NCBI GenBank assembly: GCA_025999155.1
Contig: AP026679.1
Location: 666,561-730,560, forward strand
Reading direction: 5' to 3'
DNA: 64,000 nt
From: Candidatus Dojkabacteria bacterium
GTDB taxonomy: Bacteria; Patescibacteriota; Dojkabacteria; JAOAGR01
In this document: positions 10,063-20,110 of the stretch, piece by piece
Layout of the letters: each line of letters opens with the position of its first letter
Position numbering within the stretch: position 1 is the first letter of the stretch
Notes under the pieces: generated by a model
Seen by the model: only the letters and a program-made list of their open reading frames with translations
What the model was told of the DNA's origin: nothing
The model's database searches: none
Program-made: the position numbers and the translations under genes

Positions 10063-11544
10063 ATGTTTACGCCAATCATAGGTCTTGAAATACATTTGCA
10101 ATTAAAGACAAAATCTAAGGTCTTTTGCTCCTGTCCGACTAGTGAAGCAGATCCTAATACTAATATTTGCCCTATTTGTTTGGGATATCCTGGAGCAATG
10201 CCTAATCTTAACAAAGAAGCTGTGCTACAAGCGATACGTATGGGTTTAGCATTAAATCTAACTATTGCTAGAAAAACTAGTTGGGATCGTAAGAATTATA
10301 TGTATCCTGATTTGTTCAAAGGTTATCAAATTAGTCAATTGTATGAACCTATTTGTGGAGAAGGATCGGTAGAGGTAATAGTTAGAGACCGTAATAATTA
10401 TCATTCAAAAAATTTTTATACGAAAAGTATTGGTATTTTCCGGGCCCATTTAGAGGAAGATACTGCCAAATCAATACATCAGGATGATAAGACTTTATTG
10501 GACGGAAATAAGGCGGGTTTACCATTACTTGAAATAGTATCGAAACCGGAAATGTACTCTGTGGATGAGGCTGTATCTTTTGCAAAAACTATTAGAAATC
10601 TTGCACGGTGGTTTAATGTATCGGAATGTAATCTTGAAATGGGTCACATGCGATTTGATGCTAATGTTTCATTGTGTATTGATGATGTAGACATTCAAAA
10701 TAAAACATATGAACAATGGAAAAATACGATTAGATTTACTCCTATAGTAGAGATCAAAAATTTAAATTCTTTTGGTAATTTACAGTCCGCCCTGGAGTAT
10801 GAAATTAATCGACAGATCGACGAGTATAATCGCACAAAAAAGATTTACTCGGTTGGTAGCAAAGAAACACGAGGGTGGAATGAGCAACTGCAAATTACAT
10901 ATTCTCAAAGACAAAAAGAAGAAGTCAATGAATACCGTTATATTCCTGAGCCTGATATACCTGAATTACATATATCTGACGATGACTTGGAAAGTATTAG
11001 AAATGAAATGCCAAAACATCCTAATACAGTGAGGCAAGAATTGTCACTACAAAATATTCCTTTACAAGCGATTGATGTATTAACTGAAGAAAGAATCTTT
11101 TACGATATATTTGTCAAAATTACTCAAGGTGATGGATCCATCAGTCAAAAAGTTGCCAATACGCTCACCAATGACTTAGCATCAGAGGTACGAAGTTTGC
11201 ATGGTTCTCAAACACTCGACGAATGGATCGAAGGATTAAGAAAAGTATTTGAAGCCTTGAATAATAACACGATTTCTTCGACGGAATTTAAGACTATTTT
11301 AAGAAATCACAAATCCGGAGAGAATGATTGGTTGACGTTATTAGATGAAATAGGTAAAGCAGAGTCTATTGATGTTAAAGAAATTTTAAGAGATGCATTT
11401 CAGAAGCATGCTCATGTAGTCGAACAGATCAAAGCAGGTAAAGAAAGCGCGAAAATGTTTTTTGTGGGTATAGTTATGCGTGAGACGAAAGGGAAAGCTG
11501 ATCCTAATCAAGTCAAAAAATTACTTGAAGAAATGTTGTCCTAA
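10063..11544 (+). CDS. gatB: Asp-tRNA(Asn)/Glu-tRNA(Gln) amidotransferase subunit B
   Basis: 493 aa. The N-terminus 'PIIGLEIHLQLKTKSKVFCSC' is the canonical GatB start. A C-terminal GatB/YqeY-like domain is present. Confidence 0.9.
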   Translation: MFTPIIGLEIHLQLKTKSKVFCSCPTSEADPNTNICPICLGYPGAMPNLNKEAVLQAIRMGLALNLTIARKTSWDRKNYMYPDLFKGYQISQLYEPICGEGSVEVIVRDRNNYHSKNFYTKSIGIFRAHLEEDTAKSIHQDDKTLLDGNKAGLPLLEIVSKPEMYSVDEAVSFAKTIRNLARWFNVSECNLEMGHMRFDANVSLCIDDVDIQNKTYEQWKNTIRFTPIVEIKNLNSFGNLQSALEYEINRQIDEYNRTKKIYSVGSKETRGWNEQLQITYSQRQKEEVNEYRYIPEPDIPELHISDDDLESIRNEMPKHPNTVRQELSLQNIPLQAIDVLTEERIFYDIFVKITQGDGSISQKVANTLTNDLASEVRSLHGSQTLDEWIEGLRKVFEALNNNTISSTEFKTILRNHKSGENDWLTLLDEIGKAESIDVKEILRDAFQKHAHVVEQIKAGKESAKMFFVGIVMRETKGKADPNQVKKLLEEMLS

Positions 11545-11615
11545 TAATATTTTTTTTTGGTATCTCGATTTCGTCTGACTTTATAAATTAGGATTATCTC
11601 AATATAATTGTCAAT

Positions 11616-13490
11616 ATGGAGCAAAATTACATCAGAAATTTTTGCATAATTGCTCATATAGATCATGGTAAATCGACGCTAGCTGATAGATTACTTGAGA
11701 TAACAAATACTATAGATAAACGTAAGTTACATGATCAATATCTTGATACTTTAGAGTTGGAGCAAGAAAGAGGTATTACCATTAAATTACAAACTGCACG
11801 TATGCATTACAATTTGGATGGGCAGGAATATATTTTAAATTTAATTGATACCCCAGGACATGTTGATTTTGCTTATGAAGTTTCACGTTCGCTTGCCGCT
11901 TGTGAAGGGGCTGTATTACTAGTAGATGCAACTCAAGGTGTAGAAGCTCAAACTATATCAAATGCTTTTAAAGCTTTAGAACACGACCTTACAATTATAC
12001 CTGTAGTAAACAAGATTGATTTACCAAACGCGGAACCAGAGAAAAGAGCACAAGAAATGTGTGATTTACTGGGTTTTCGCATGGATGAAATCATTTACAC
12101 TTCTGGTAAGACCGGCATTGGAGTCGATGAATTAATTAGAGCTATTATACAAAGAGTACCTCCACCTAAAGGTAGTAAAGATAATCGTTTGCAATGCTTG
12201 ATTTTTGATTCGTTTTTCGATGAACATAAAGGAGTTATTGCTCAGGTAAAGGTTGTCAATGGAGAAATTAAACCTGAGGATTTAGCAAGAAAAAGAAAAT
12301 TAAGGTTCATTGCTACGCAAAACGATATAGCACCGTTAGAGATCGGCTATGTTACACCTATTTTTATAAAAAGTGATGGTTTGAAAGTAGGTGAGGTAGG
12401 ATATATAGCTACCGCCCAAAAAGATATACAACAAATTAGTGTAGGAGATACGGTGACGTTTGCGGATGAGCCGGCTGATGCTTTGGTGGGTTATCAAAAG
12501 CCAAAGGCAATGCTTTTTGCCAGTTTGTATCCGACAGACGCTGATCGATACTCTGATTTTCGGGATGCTCTGGAAAAACTTGCTTTAAATGACGCATCTT
12601 TAAGTTATGTTCCAGAAGTCTCTACTGCTTTGGGTGCTGGTTTTAGGTGCGGTTTTTTGGGGCTTTTACATATGGAAATAGTTCAAGAAAGACTTGAACG
12701 AGAATACAATGTAGATCTAGTAGTTACAGCACCGTCAGTAGAGTATAAGGTCAAACTGTATAAAGATAAGGTGGCTCGTAATAAAGATAAATATCATATT
12801 TTTGAAGAAAATGGAGAATATTATGTTAAGATTACATCAGCAGCGGAGTTACCGGAAGAAGCTTTAATTGAGGAAATTCAAGAACCTTGGTGCGAAGTCG
12901 AAATTATCACACCACAACAGTATATCGGCGACATAATGCAATTATGTCAAGAAAAACGAGCGATATATAAAGATACTGTCTATGTACACACTTCGAGTAA
13001 TGTATTAGCAAGTAATAGAGTGATTATAAAGTATGAAATGCCTTTTCATGAAATTATTACAGATTTTTTTGATAGATTGAAATCTATATCGCATGGTTAC
13101 GCTTCTTTGGATTATAGATTCAAGGGTTTTATTGCTTCAGACATTGTTAAATTAAGTATATTGATCAATGGGCAAGTAATTGATGCCTTATCGATGCTCA
13201 TTGAACGCAAGAAAGCTTTATATGAAGGTAAAAGATTAGTAGAAAAACTTAAAACTTTAATACCTCGCCATCAGTTTAAGATTCCTATTCAGGCCGCTAT
13301 CGGGTCAAAAGTAATTGCTCGAGAAGATATACCCCCTTATCGTAAAGATGTGCTCAAAGGTTTATATGGTGGAGATCATCGTCGTAAAATGAAGCATCTT
13401 GAACGACAAAAAGAGGGTAAGAAAAGGTTAAAACAATTTGGTTCTGTGACCATACCGCAGCAAGCATTTCTTGCTGTATTAAGACAATGA
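11616..13490 (+). CDS. lepA: Elongation factor 4 (LepA)
   Basis: 624 aa. N-terminal GTPase 'IRNFCIIAHIDHGKSTLADRLLE', 'DTPGHVDF' and 'NKIDL' motifs. Conserved LepA C-terminal domain. Confidence 0.95.
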   Translation: MEQNYIRNFCIIAHIDHGKSTLADRLLEITNTIDKRKLHDQYLDTLELEQERGITIKLQTARMHYNLDGQEYILNLIDTPGHVDFAYEVSRSLAACEGAVLLVDATQGVEAQTISNAFKALEHDLTIIPVVNKIDLPNAEPEKRAQEMCDLLGFRMDEIIYTSGKTGIGVDELIRAIIQRVPPPKGSKDNRLQCLIFDSFFDEHKGVIAQVKVVNGEIKPEDLARKRKLRFIATQNDIAPLEIGYVTPIFIKSDGLKVGEVGYIATAQKDIQQISVGDTVTFADEPADALVGYQKPKAMLFASLYPTDADRYSDFRDALEKLALNDASLSYVPEVSTALGAGFRCGFLGLLHMEIVQERLEREYNVDLVVTAPSVEYKVKLYKDKVARNKDKYHIFEENGEYYVKITSAAELPEEALIEEIQEPWCEVEIITPQQYIGDIMQLCQEKRAIYKDTVYVHTSSNVLASNRVIIKYEMPFHEIITDFFDRLKSISHGYASLDYRFKGFIASDIVKLSILINGQVIDALSMLIERKKALYEGKRLVEKLKTLIPRHQFKIPIQAAIGSKVIAREDIPPYRKDVLKGLYGGDHRRKMKHLERQKEGKKRLKQFGSVTIPQQAFLAVLRQ

Positions 13491-13901
13491 TACACGCCGT
13501 ACATGTATTTGCATACCTATAGGTCCGTCTTTGCAACGTAAATTGTAAGTCCCGGTTTGGGAAATACGTAAAGGTATTTTTTCAAGTTGGTTATTTATTT
13601 TTGTGTTAATGTTCAATGTCTCGATTTCTATCTCGTCACATTGAACAAATAATCCTTTTCTAATAATAAGTACATATTCTTTAATTGGTTCTATTTGTAT
13701 CGAATTTGGTTGAAATCCAAACAGATTGATGTTGATGTTTATTTCATTAGTTTTTGAATAATCTATTGGGGAATTGTCTGTCCAAATTAGACCTCCCGCA
13801 TAGGCTAAGAAAGCTATACTCAAAGCAACAAATAAAAAATAAAATAGATATATCTTGAAGATAGTTTTTTTTATAAATTTTAATTTTTTTGGTAATCTCA
13901 A
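13479..13901 (-). CDS. Hypothetical membrane-anchored/secreted protein
   Basis: 140 aa with an N-terminal hydrophobic segment. No recognisable family. Convergent with lepA, overlapping its last codons. Confidence 0.3.
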   Translation of the reverse strand: MRLPKKLKFIKKTIFKIYLFYFLFVALSIAFLAYAGGLIWTDNSPIDYSKTNEINININLFGFQPNSIQIEPIKEYVLIIRKGLFVQCDEIEIETLNINTKINNQLEKIPLRISQTGTYNLRCKDGPIGMQIHVRRVSLS

Positions 13902-13952
13902 GATGTAAATATACTAAGTAAAACTCTAAATAGAATCAATCTGAAGACAATT

Positions 13953-14615
13953 ATGGACGTGAAAATTCATCCGAGCTGGAAATCTGTTTTGGTTGAAGAG
14001 TTTAATAAGCCTTATTTCAAGAACCTTGTAGAATTCGTCAAATCGGAATATGCTACGAAGACAATTTTTCCCCCAGGAAAATTGATATTTAATGCATTTG
14101 AACAAACTCCTTTTGATGATGTCAAAGTTGTTATTATCGGACAGGATCCGTATCATGGACCAAATCAAGCTATGGGGTTATGTTTTTCTGTACCTGAAGG
14201 TATTCCTTTACCTCCATCTTTAAAAAATATTTATAAAGAAATCCTTGATGATCTTGGTAGACCTTCAATTACACATGGAGATTTGACTCCATGGGCTAGA
14301 CAGGGAGTATTTTTATTAAACTCTGTACTTACCGTAGAAGCAGGTAAACCTGGCTCACATCAGGGTCACGGTTGGGAAATATTTACTGATGCAGTAATAC
14401 GTATTTTATCAGATCAAAAAGAGAATTTAGTTTTCATACTTTGGGGAGCGTATGCACAAAAAAAAGGTATTCTAATTAATAAATCGAGACATTTTGTAAT
14501 AAGCTCAGCCCATCCCTCGCCTTTATCTGCACATAATGGTTTTTTTGGTTCGAGACCTTTTTCTAAGACTAATGAGTATTTGGTAAGAATAGGAAAGAAC
14601 GAAATATCTTGGTAA
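13953..14615 (+). CDS. ung: Uracil-DNA glycosylase (family 1)
   Basis: 220 aa. Hallmark motif 'VVIIGQDPYHGPNQAMGLCFSV' (water-activating loop) plus the C-terminal 'HPSPLSA' leucine-loop region. Confidence 0.9.
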   Translation: MDVKIHPSWKSVLVEEFNKPYFKNLVEFVKSEYATKTIFPPGKLIFNAFEQTPFDDVKVVIIGQDPYHGPNQAMGLCFSVPEGIPLPPSLKNIYKEILDDLGRPSITHGDLTPWARQGVFLLNSVLTVEAGKPGSHQGHGWEIFTDAVIRILSDQKENLVFILWGAYAQKKGILINKSRHFVISSAHPSPLSAHNGFFGSRPFSKTNEYLVRIGKNEISW

Positions 14616-14642
14616 AATCTAATGCAACAAAGCCTGGCAAAA

Positions 14643-14662
14643 GCTACCATAAATATGGTAGC
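14643..14662. terminator. Short hairpin (8-bp stem GCTACCAT/ATGGTAGC, 4-nt loop) between convergent genes; possible bidirectional terminator
   Basis: Perfect inverted repeat seen directly downstream of ung and of the convergent minus-strand gene. There is no strong T-tract, so strength is uncertain. Confidence 0.25.
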
Positions 14663-14672
14663 ACCTTGACGT

Positions 14673-15110
14673 TTACGTGCTATCCTTCGCAGAACCACCA
14701 TTTGTATAATAATAGTTTTGATATTGAAAAAGCTTAACTAGGAAGTAGATCGATATAGGAAGCAGGAATATTATGGAGACACCTAATGACAGAGATGTCA
14801 TCAATGTAAACACTACCTGTAACAGCCATACTCTTTTACTCAATTTTTTGTTAATAAAACTAAGATAGAATCCTATACCAAATAGTGATCCAAATATTAT
14901 TATACCAGCACTAAATAAAATAATCGCCGAAAAAAGTATAGCGTTAGTAGCGAAATCACTCGTGACCGAGTTATCTGAACCACCTAATAAAGCAACCGTT
15001 AAGGTAGTTAATAAGCATACATCGACTAATAGGAATAATAAAAGTAATATTGTAGAAGAGATGTTAAATATACGTAATCTTTCAAAAAATTTTATATCAT
15101 TCGAATCCAT
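14673..15110 (-). CDS. Hypothetical multi-pass membrane protein
   Basis: 145 aa with about four hydrophobic helices. No conserved motif recognised. Confidence 0.3.
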   Translation of the reverse strand: MDSNDIKFFERLRIFNISSTILLLLFLLVDVCLLTTLTVALLGGSDNSVTSDFATNAILFSAIILFSAGIIIFGSLFGIGFYLSFINKKLSKRVWLLQVVFTLMTSLSLGVSIIFLLPISIYFLVKLFQYQNYYYTNGGSAKDST

Positions 15111-15377
15111 TTCACACTCTTCATAGCTATTTTACCTTAATTGCGTTCAAAGTGAAAGAATTTTCATGTACAGTATTTTGCAGATATAGGAAAGGATTTG
15201 GATATACATAGACTATGGAGTTATATTTAAGACGAATTATGTGAATAAAATATCTTATTTTCTTGCCTAAACTAGCGAACAGAGTGTTTGGTAAATGTGA
15301 TGGAAAAACTAAGTTATATTGTTATTATATCAAATTTATTAAACTATCTTGGCTAGAGATCTATCTGTACTTTGAGC

Positions 15378-17156
15378 TTATGTTAAATGTTGAATTTTAT
15401 TAAATAATGGTTGTGTGTTTTCGGATAAGCTTATGGAGTGAAACTCGTTTAAATCAAGTAAAAAATAATTTTTAACTTGTGTTTTTGTCGAATCTAATTT
15501 TTGTAAACCTAGAGCATCGCTTATACGATCGCTTGCGTCCGGTAGAAAAGGATTTATAAGTATTCGTAGTACGTAGACTAACAACAAACTATTATAAATA
15601 GTTTTCTCGCATTCATCGGGATGTTCTGATTGTAATTTCCAGGGAGCCTTACGGTCAAAATAAACATTACTTATCTTACTTAGTAGAAGGACTAATTGTA
15701 GTGCGTGTTTAAAATTCATGTTTTCTAAGTTTTCTGAAAATAACCTAAAAATATTTTGATTTTCAGAGTCACCGAGTAACAATCGTTTGATATTAAGCAC
15801 ATTCCCAATTGTTTTGTTATCGGTAGAGATTTCAAAAGGAGATTCATCAATTATTCGATTTTCTGGTTTGATTTGGTTTATAGATTTAATTCGCAATTTG
15901 TTTTGAGCAAATGTAGTAGTCCTATGAATAAAATTACCTATATTACTTACCAAATCATTATTATAGACAGAGAGGAAGTCGTCCCATTTCCAATTAGCAT
16001 CACTGTTTTCTGGCATTATTGAGGTAAGATAAAAGCGTACTGCATCCAGCCCATATTTTTTCACTATTTCTTTGGCATTTATATAGATTCCACGACTTTT
16101 TGAGAATTTTTGCCCTTCTAAATTTAAAAATTGGTTTACAGGTACATTATCTGGTAGTTTAAGATTTTCATTTTGGCCTATAAGTAGACTCTGCCACCAG
16201 ATAGTATGGAAAAATAAATTATCTTTGCCAACAAATATATAGTGTTTTAAGAGAGCATCATCATTATTCCACCATTCTTTTATGAAATCTTCATAGTTTT
16301 TCCCTATAGATTCAGCAAAAGCTATTGATCCACTAAAGTATCCGATAACTGCGTCAAACCAGACATAAAACCTTTTATTATCTACATTGTCTAATATTGA
16401 TTCTTCTGCAATATTTTCTTGAGGAATTTCTACACCCCAATCTAAATCCCTAGTGATTGAACGAGGTTGCAGATCTTCTAGCCATGAATATGCTTCTTTC
16501 CAGACCCATTCCCGCCATACTTGTGATTTGTCACGTATATACTTTTCTAGAAAAGATTTAAATTTCGGTAAATCTACAAAATAATGTTCAGTTTCTTTAA
16601 GCGTAACGGGATTTTTTGTAAGTTTAGCATAAGGATTTATTAACTCTCCCACTTGTAAGCTACGGCCGCATGCTTCACATTGATCGCCTCTTTGTTCTTT
16701 TGCATGGCAATAAGGACATTCTCCTTCCACGTATCGATCAGGTAGAAATCTATCATCAATTTCGGAATAATATTGATATGTCTTTTGCTTTATTATATAG
16801 CCATTGTTAAGTAAATTTGTAAAAAATTGTTGAGTGACTTTACGGTGTATGTCAGTATCAGTTTTCGTAAAAAGATCAAAAGATATCTTATAGACGTCAA
16901 GAAGTAATGAAGTTGTACGAGGTCCATACTTTTCTACGATATCCCTAGGTGTGAGACCTTCTTTATCCGCTTGTATGGTGATCGGTGTGCCGAAGCAGTC
17001 GTTTCCGCTTACCATAATGACATCTTCGCCACGGAGTCTTTTGTACCTAGCGAATATATCAGCTGGTAAATAACATCCTGCGATATGTCCGGGATGTAAT
17101 TCACCATTCACATAAGGCCACGCTACACCAATAAAGTTTTTTTGCCCTCCCATCAT
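15378..17156 (-). CDS. metG: Methionyl-tRNA synthetase
   Basis: 592 aa. Class I HIGH-region 'PYVNGELHPGHIAGCYLPADIFARYKRLRG', KMSKS variant 'KFSKSRG', and the MetRS zinc knuckle 'CPYCHAKEQRGDQCEACG'. Confidence 0.85.
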   Translation of the reverse strand: MMGGQKNFIGVAWPYVNGELHPGHIAGCYLPADIFARYKRLRGEDVIMVSGNDCFGTPITIQADKEGLTPRDIVEKYGPRTTSLLLDVYKISFDLFTKTDTDIHRKVTQQFFTNLLNNGYIIKQKTYQYYSEIDDRFLPDRYVEGECPYCHAKEQRGDQCEACGRSLQVGELINPYAKLTKNPVTLKETEHYFVDLPKFKSFLEKYIRDKSQVWREWVWKEAYSWLEDLQPRSITRDLDWGVEIPQENIAEESILDNVDNKRFYVWFDAVIGYFSGSIAFAESIGKNYEDFIKEWWNNDDALLKHYIFVGKDNLFFHTIWWQSLLIGQNENLKLPDNVPVNQFLNLEGQKFSKSRGIYINAKEIVKKYGLDAVRFYLTSIMPENSDANWKWDDFLSVYNNDLVSNIGNFIHRTTTFAQNKLRIKSINQIKPENRIIDESPFEISTDNKTIGNVLNIKRLLLGDSENQNIFRLFSENLENMNFKHALQLVLLLSKISNVYFDRKAPWKLQSEHPDECEKTIYNSLLLVYVLRILINPFLPDASDRISDALGLQKLDSTKTQVKNYFLLDLNEFHSISLSENTQPLFNKIQHLT

Positions 17157-17295
17157 TGTTGAGAATTAAGATAGAAAAACGCTTATTTGAGTATATTATC
17201 ATATCGTTTACAAATATTATAGTGTGGTAACAACTCAAACCGGCGAGAAAGACAAAAAGCACTTATACGACTTATCAATTTTCACATTAATCACA

Positions 17296-18444
17296 TTATT
17301 TTTTATCTTGTTCTATAAAGCTTGAAGCTATGTCGTATACCAATGGTATTTTATGTTTGTTTCCTAGATAAGCTTGAGCTCCAGCATAAATCAAGTTTGT
17401 AATACATATGACGTTCCATAGTGTTGCCAAAGTAAATCCATTACCTGCTATTAATGGTGCTCCCGTACTATTGAGAATATATAGCACTAATAACCAAAAT
17501 ATTTGGGCAATGACGCTTTGTCTTGCATGCCACAGGACTTCTTCAGAATTAGGAGCCTTAAATATAATTATGAATACAGCAATTACAGGTAGAACGTATA
17601 ACACTAATTTTAAAATTTCATAAGTATCAATCTCAAGTTTAGTATTTTGTTTTTGTAATTTATTGTACTGTTCTTTGTAGACTTCTGTCGCTTGTGTAGG
17701 TAATGGTTGATCGTTTTCTATAGCTTGTGTTTTTAGATCTGCGTAACTTTCGGGTCTATGAGGGATTTTAATATTATTTGGATTAATATACTCGATTTTT
17801 GGTAAGGTACTTTGTGTGTTTTGCGTATGGGGCGTGTTTTGCACAGCAGATTGAATATTCAAAGATGATGGATTTTGTGTTCCTTGCTGAGTGGTATTTG
17901 CTTGAGCAACGTTATCAGAAATCGGGTTTGCGGCAATGCGAGAATTTGTATTTGTTGATGATCCTGCTCTGTTGGATACATTATCGAAATAGCGTGCATA
18001 GTTGTTATTGTTTTGCTTTGTATGATTGACGAGATGATTGACTGTGGGGTTAGGCTGTATTGATGGCGAAATAGAGGCATTCGTGTTAGAAGTATTGATC
18101 GTAGAGTTGTGTGGCTGTTGTAGTGTGTTAGATACGGCAGTATACTGTGGCGATGTGGTTGAAGCAGGTTGATACACACTTTGTGAACTAATATTTTGCC
18201 CTGGTATTGGGTGCGTTTGATTGCTTGTTGCAGTAAAATTCGTACTTTGGTTACTTAAATAACTGTGAATTGGTAGTGAGTTGTTCGGTGCTGGTTGTGG
18301 CATCTGGTGGGGTTGCGAATTATTTATGTTTACTTGTCCAGGAGAACTTACTCCAATTTGCCTGCTTTGTACTACGTTATTATTGCTACTAGAATACCGA
18401 TAATTAGCCTGGTTATCATTCACGTTTTGTGTTTGATTGGGCAT
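17296..18444 (-). CDS. Membrane protein with a long Asn/Gln/Ser/Thr-rich low-complexity N-terminal region and a C-terminal multi-TM domain
   Basis: 382 aa. The first ~270 aa are Q/N/S/T/P-rich (prion-like composition). The last ~110 aa contain hydrophobic helices. The stop/start abuts the downstream PilM-like gene at 18444. Confidence 0.4.
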   Translation of the reverse strand: MPNQTQNVNDNQANYRYSSSNNNVVQSRQIGVSSPGQVNINNSQPHQMPQPAPNNSLPIHSYLSNQSTNFTATSNQTHPIPGQNISSQSVYQPASTTSPQYTAVSNTLQQPHNSTINTSNTNASISPSIQPNPTVNHLVNHTKQNNNNYARYFDNVSNRAGSSTNTNSRIAANPISDNVAQANTTQQGTQNPSSLNIQSAVQNTPHTQNTQSTLPKIEYINPNNIKIPHRPESYADLKTQAIENDQPLPTQATEVYKEQYNKLQKQNTKLEIDTYEILKLVLYVLPVIAVFIIIFKAPNSEEVLWHARQSVIAQIFWLLVLYILNSTGAPLIAGNGFTLATLWNVICITNLIYAGAQAYLGNKHKIPLVYDIASSFIEQDKK

Positions 18445-20066
18445 TATCGTATGCCTAATACAACAAGAATATCTTCATTAATATTCGGGTCATATACCGC
18501 CTTTGCTGATGGATAACGGTTTTCTATAAGTTTGACTATTTCTTCCGCTAGATTTTTTGACCTTTGATCTTTAAAACTGACGGTCGTGGTAGGGACATTT
18601 CGTTCCTGAGCATTATCAGGAGCTTTCGTGATAAAACCGTTCGATTGAAGTATTCCTGTAACAAGACTAGCCTCGCCAGGTCTATTATTACCATTTAAAA
18701 CCAAAACTTTTACATCGGACTTGGTAAACATTGGAGTAGGTGTTGCTGTCGGAGTAACCGTTTGTGTCGGAGTAGGTGTCGGTGTATTAGTTTGAGTTGC
18801 TGTGATAGAAACATTTGTTGTGGGTGTTGTGCTACTGATTATTGGTAATTGGTTTCCGTTACTTTCTGACCTTTGTGCTACTCGTTCTGCTATACGCCAA
18901 CCTGCGTAGGCTATTGAGCCTAATAGTACAATACTTAAAAGTATTGATATAAAAGTGGTTTTCAGATTCCAACGATTTTCCATCATGGAAAGATTTTTAT
19001 ACTGTGTGTATCTGTTAGACATTGTCGTTAATGTATTTGCAAAAGTACTTGAATGCATTGAATTTTCAAGTTGAGATTTGTTTTTAATCTGGGATAAGAC
19101 GCCTGGTGCGGACTGTTGTTGTTCGATAATTCGTGTTTGGAGAAAACCTTTGTTGAAATCTGTTCTCATGGAGCATTTAATGAGTCCTTTTAAAACAATT
19201 AGTGAGATGTAATCATGTTCTGGGACTACAGGAGCGTCAGAGGGTATCCATGCAAAATCCAAACCCGTTCTACGTAAGTACATTTGTAAATTTTCAGAAT
19301 CATGATTTGGAGACTCTAGTACGAGAACTTTTTTTACACCTAATGCTATATCTCTGGATTTCTTCGCAAATTCAACGATCTCAAGAATCGCTTTGTCAAG
19401 ATTCGAGTCTGGTTCTATCAAATTATGGCCCCATATCGAATCTAAATAAACTCCATTTTGATCTGCAATAAAGAATTTATAACTTTTCCCTGAGGGATAA
19501 AGTAGTAGGGTAGGAGCTACAAATTGATCTCTTAATTCTTCCCATATGCATTGAAATGTTGGAAAAATAGCTGTAATAGGAATTTCCAGAGGTTCTAATA
19601 ACTTCAAGAATGGATCCAGATGTTCAGTCCTGATGGCATTAGCTAGATAAAATACTCGTTGATTCAAATCATGGATGGGTCTGTTAATAAGATATAGTTT
19701 CGATATTGGACTATTAAATTTATCCTCGATAATTTTTTGGAGTTCATACTCGTTGGTATGATTTTTTTCTTTTATAATGTCAAAGTTTGTAATTTTAATT
19801 TTATTATCTGGGATAGCAAACCAGGCTGCATCTATTTTGCTTTGATTTCTCGAGACCGAAGTGATAAGGTTCTTAACAATCTTTTGTAAATGTTCTATAT
19901 CGTAGATAATACCTTCCTCCAAAATACCACTTTCAACGCTTATCTCATCAAATGCGAGTATGTCCACTCTGCGCCCTGTGATTTTTGAAAGCGCACAAAA
20001 CACCCTGGTTCTTGTAAATTGCAAGCACGCTATTATTCTAGGTGTAGAGAACATAGTTTGAATCAA
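18444..20066 (-). CDS. PilM-like actin-fold domain fused through a TM segment and Thr/Pro linker to a LytR_C (LytR/CpsA/Psr C-terminal) domain
   Basis: 540 aa. The N-terminal ~330 aa resembles type IV pilus PilM/FtsA-like ATPases. The central part has a hydrophobic helix and a 'TPTPTPTQTVTPTATPTP' linker. The C-terminal 'VKVLVLNGNNRPGEASLVTGILQSNGF...ILVVLG' is a typical LytR_C domain. Confidence 0.5.
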   Translation of the reverse strand: MIQTMFSTPRIIACLQFTRTRVFCALSKITGRRVDILAFDEISVESGILEEGIIYDIEHLQKIVKNLITSVSRNQSKIDAAWFAIPDNKIKITNFDIIKEKNHTNEYELQKIIEDKFNSPISKLYLINRPIHDLNQRVFYLANAIRTEHLDPFLKLLEPLEIPITAIFPTFQCIWEELRDQFVAPTLLLYPSGKSYKFFIADQNGVYLDSIWGHNLIEPDSNLDKAILEIVEFAKKSRDIALGVKKVLVLESPNHDSENLQMYLRRTGLDFAWIPSDAPVVPEHDYISLIVLKGLIKCSMRTDFNKGFLQTRIIEQQQSAPGVLSQIKNKSQLENSMHSSTFANTLTTMSNRYTQYKNLSMMENRWNLKTTFISILLSIVLLGSIAYAGWRIAERVAQRSESNGNQLPIISSTTPTTNVSITATQTNTPTPTPTQTVTPTATPTPMFTKSDVKVLVLNGNNRPGEASLVTGILQSNGFITKAPDNAQERNVPTTTVSFKDQRSKNLAEEIVKLIENRYPSAKAVYDPNINEDILVVLGIR

Positions 20067-20110
20067 TATATTTTTTTAGATAGACTTTGTCAATTCATTT
20101 TTATGACACA

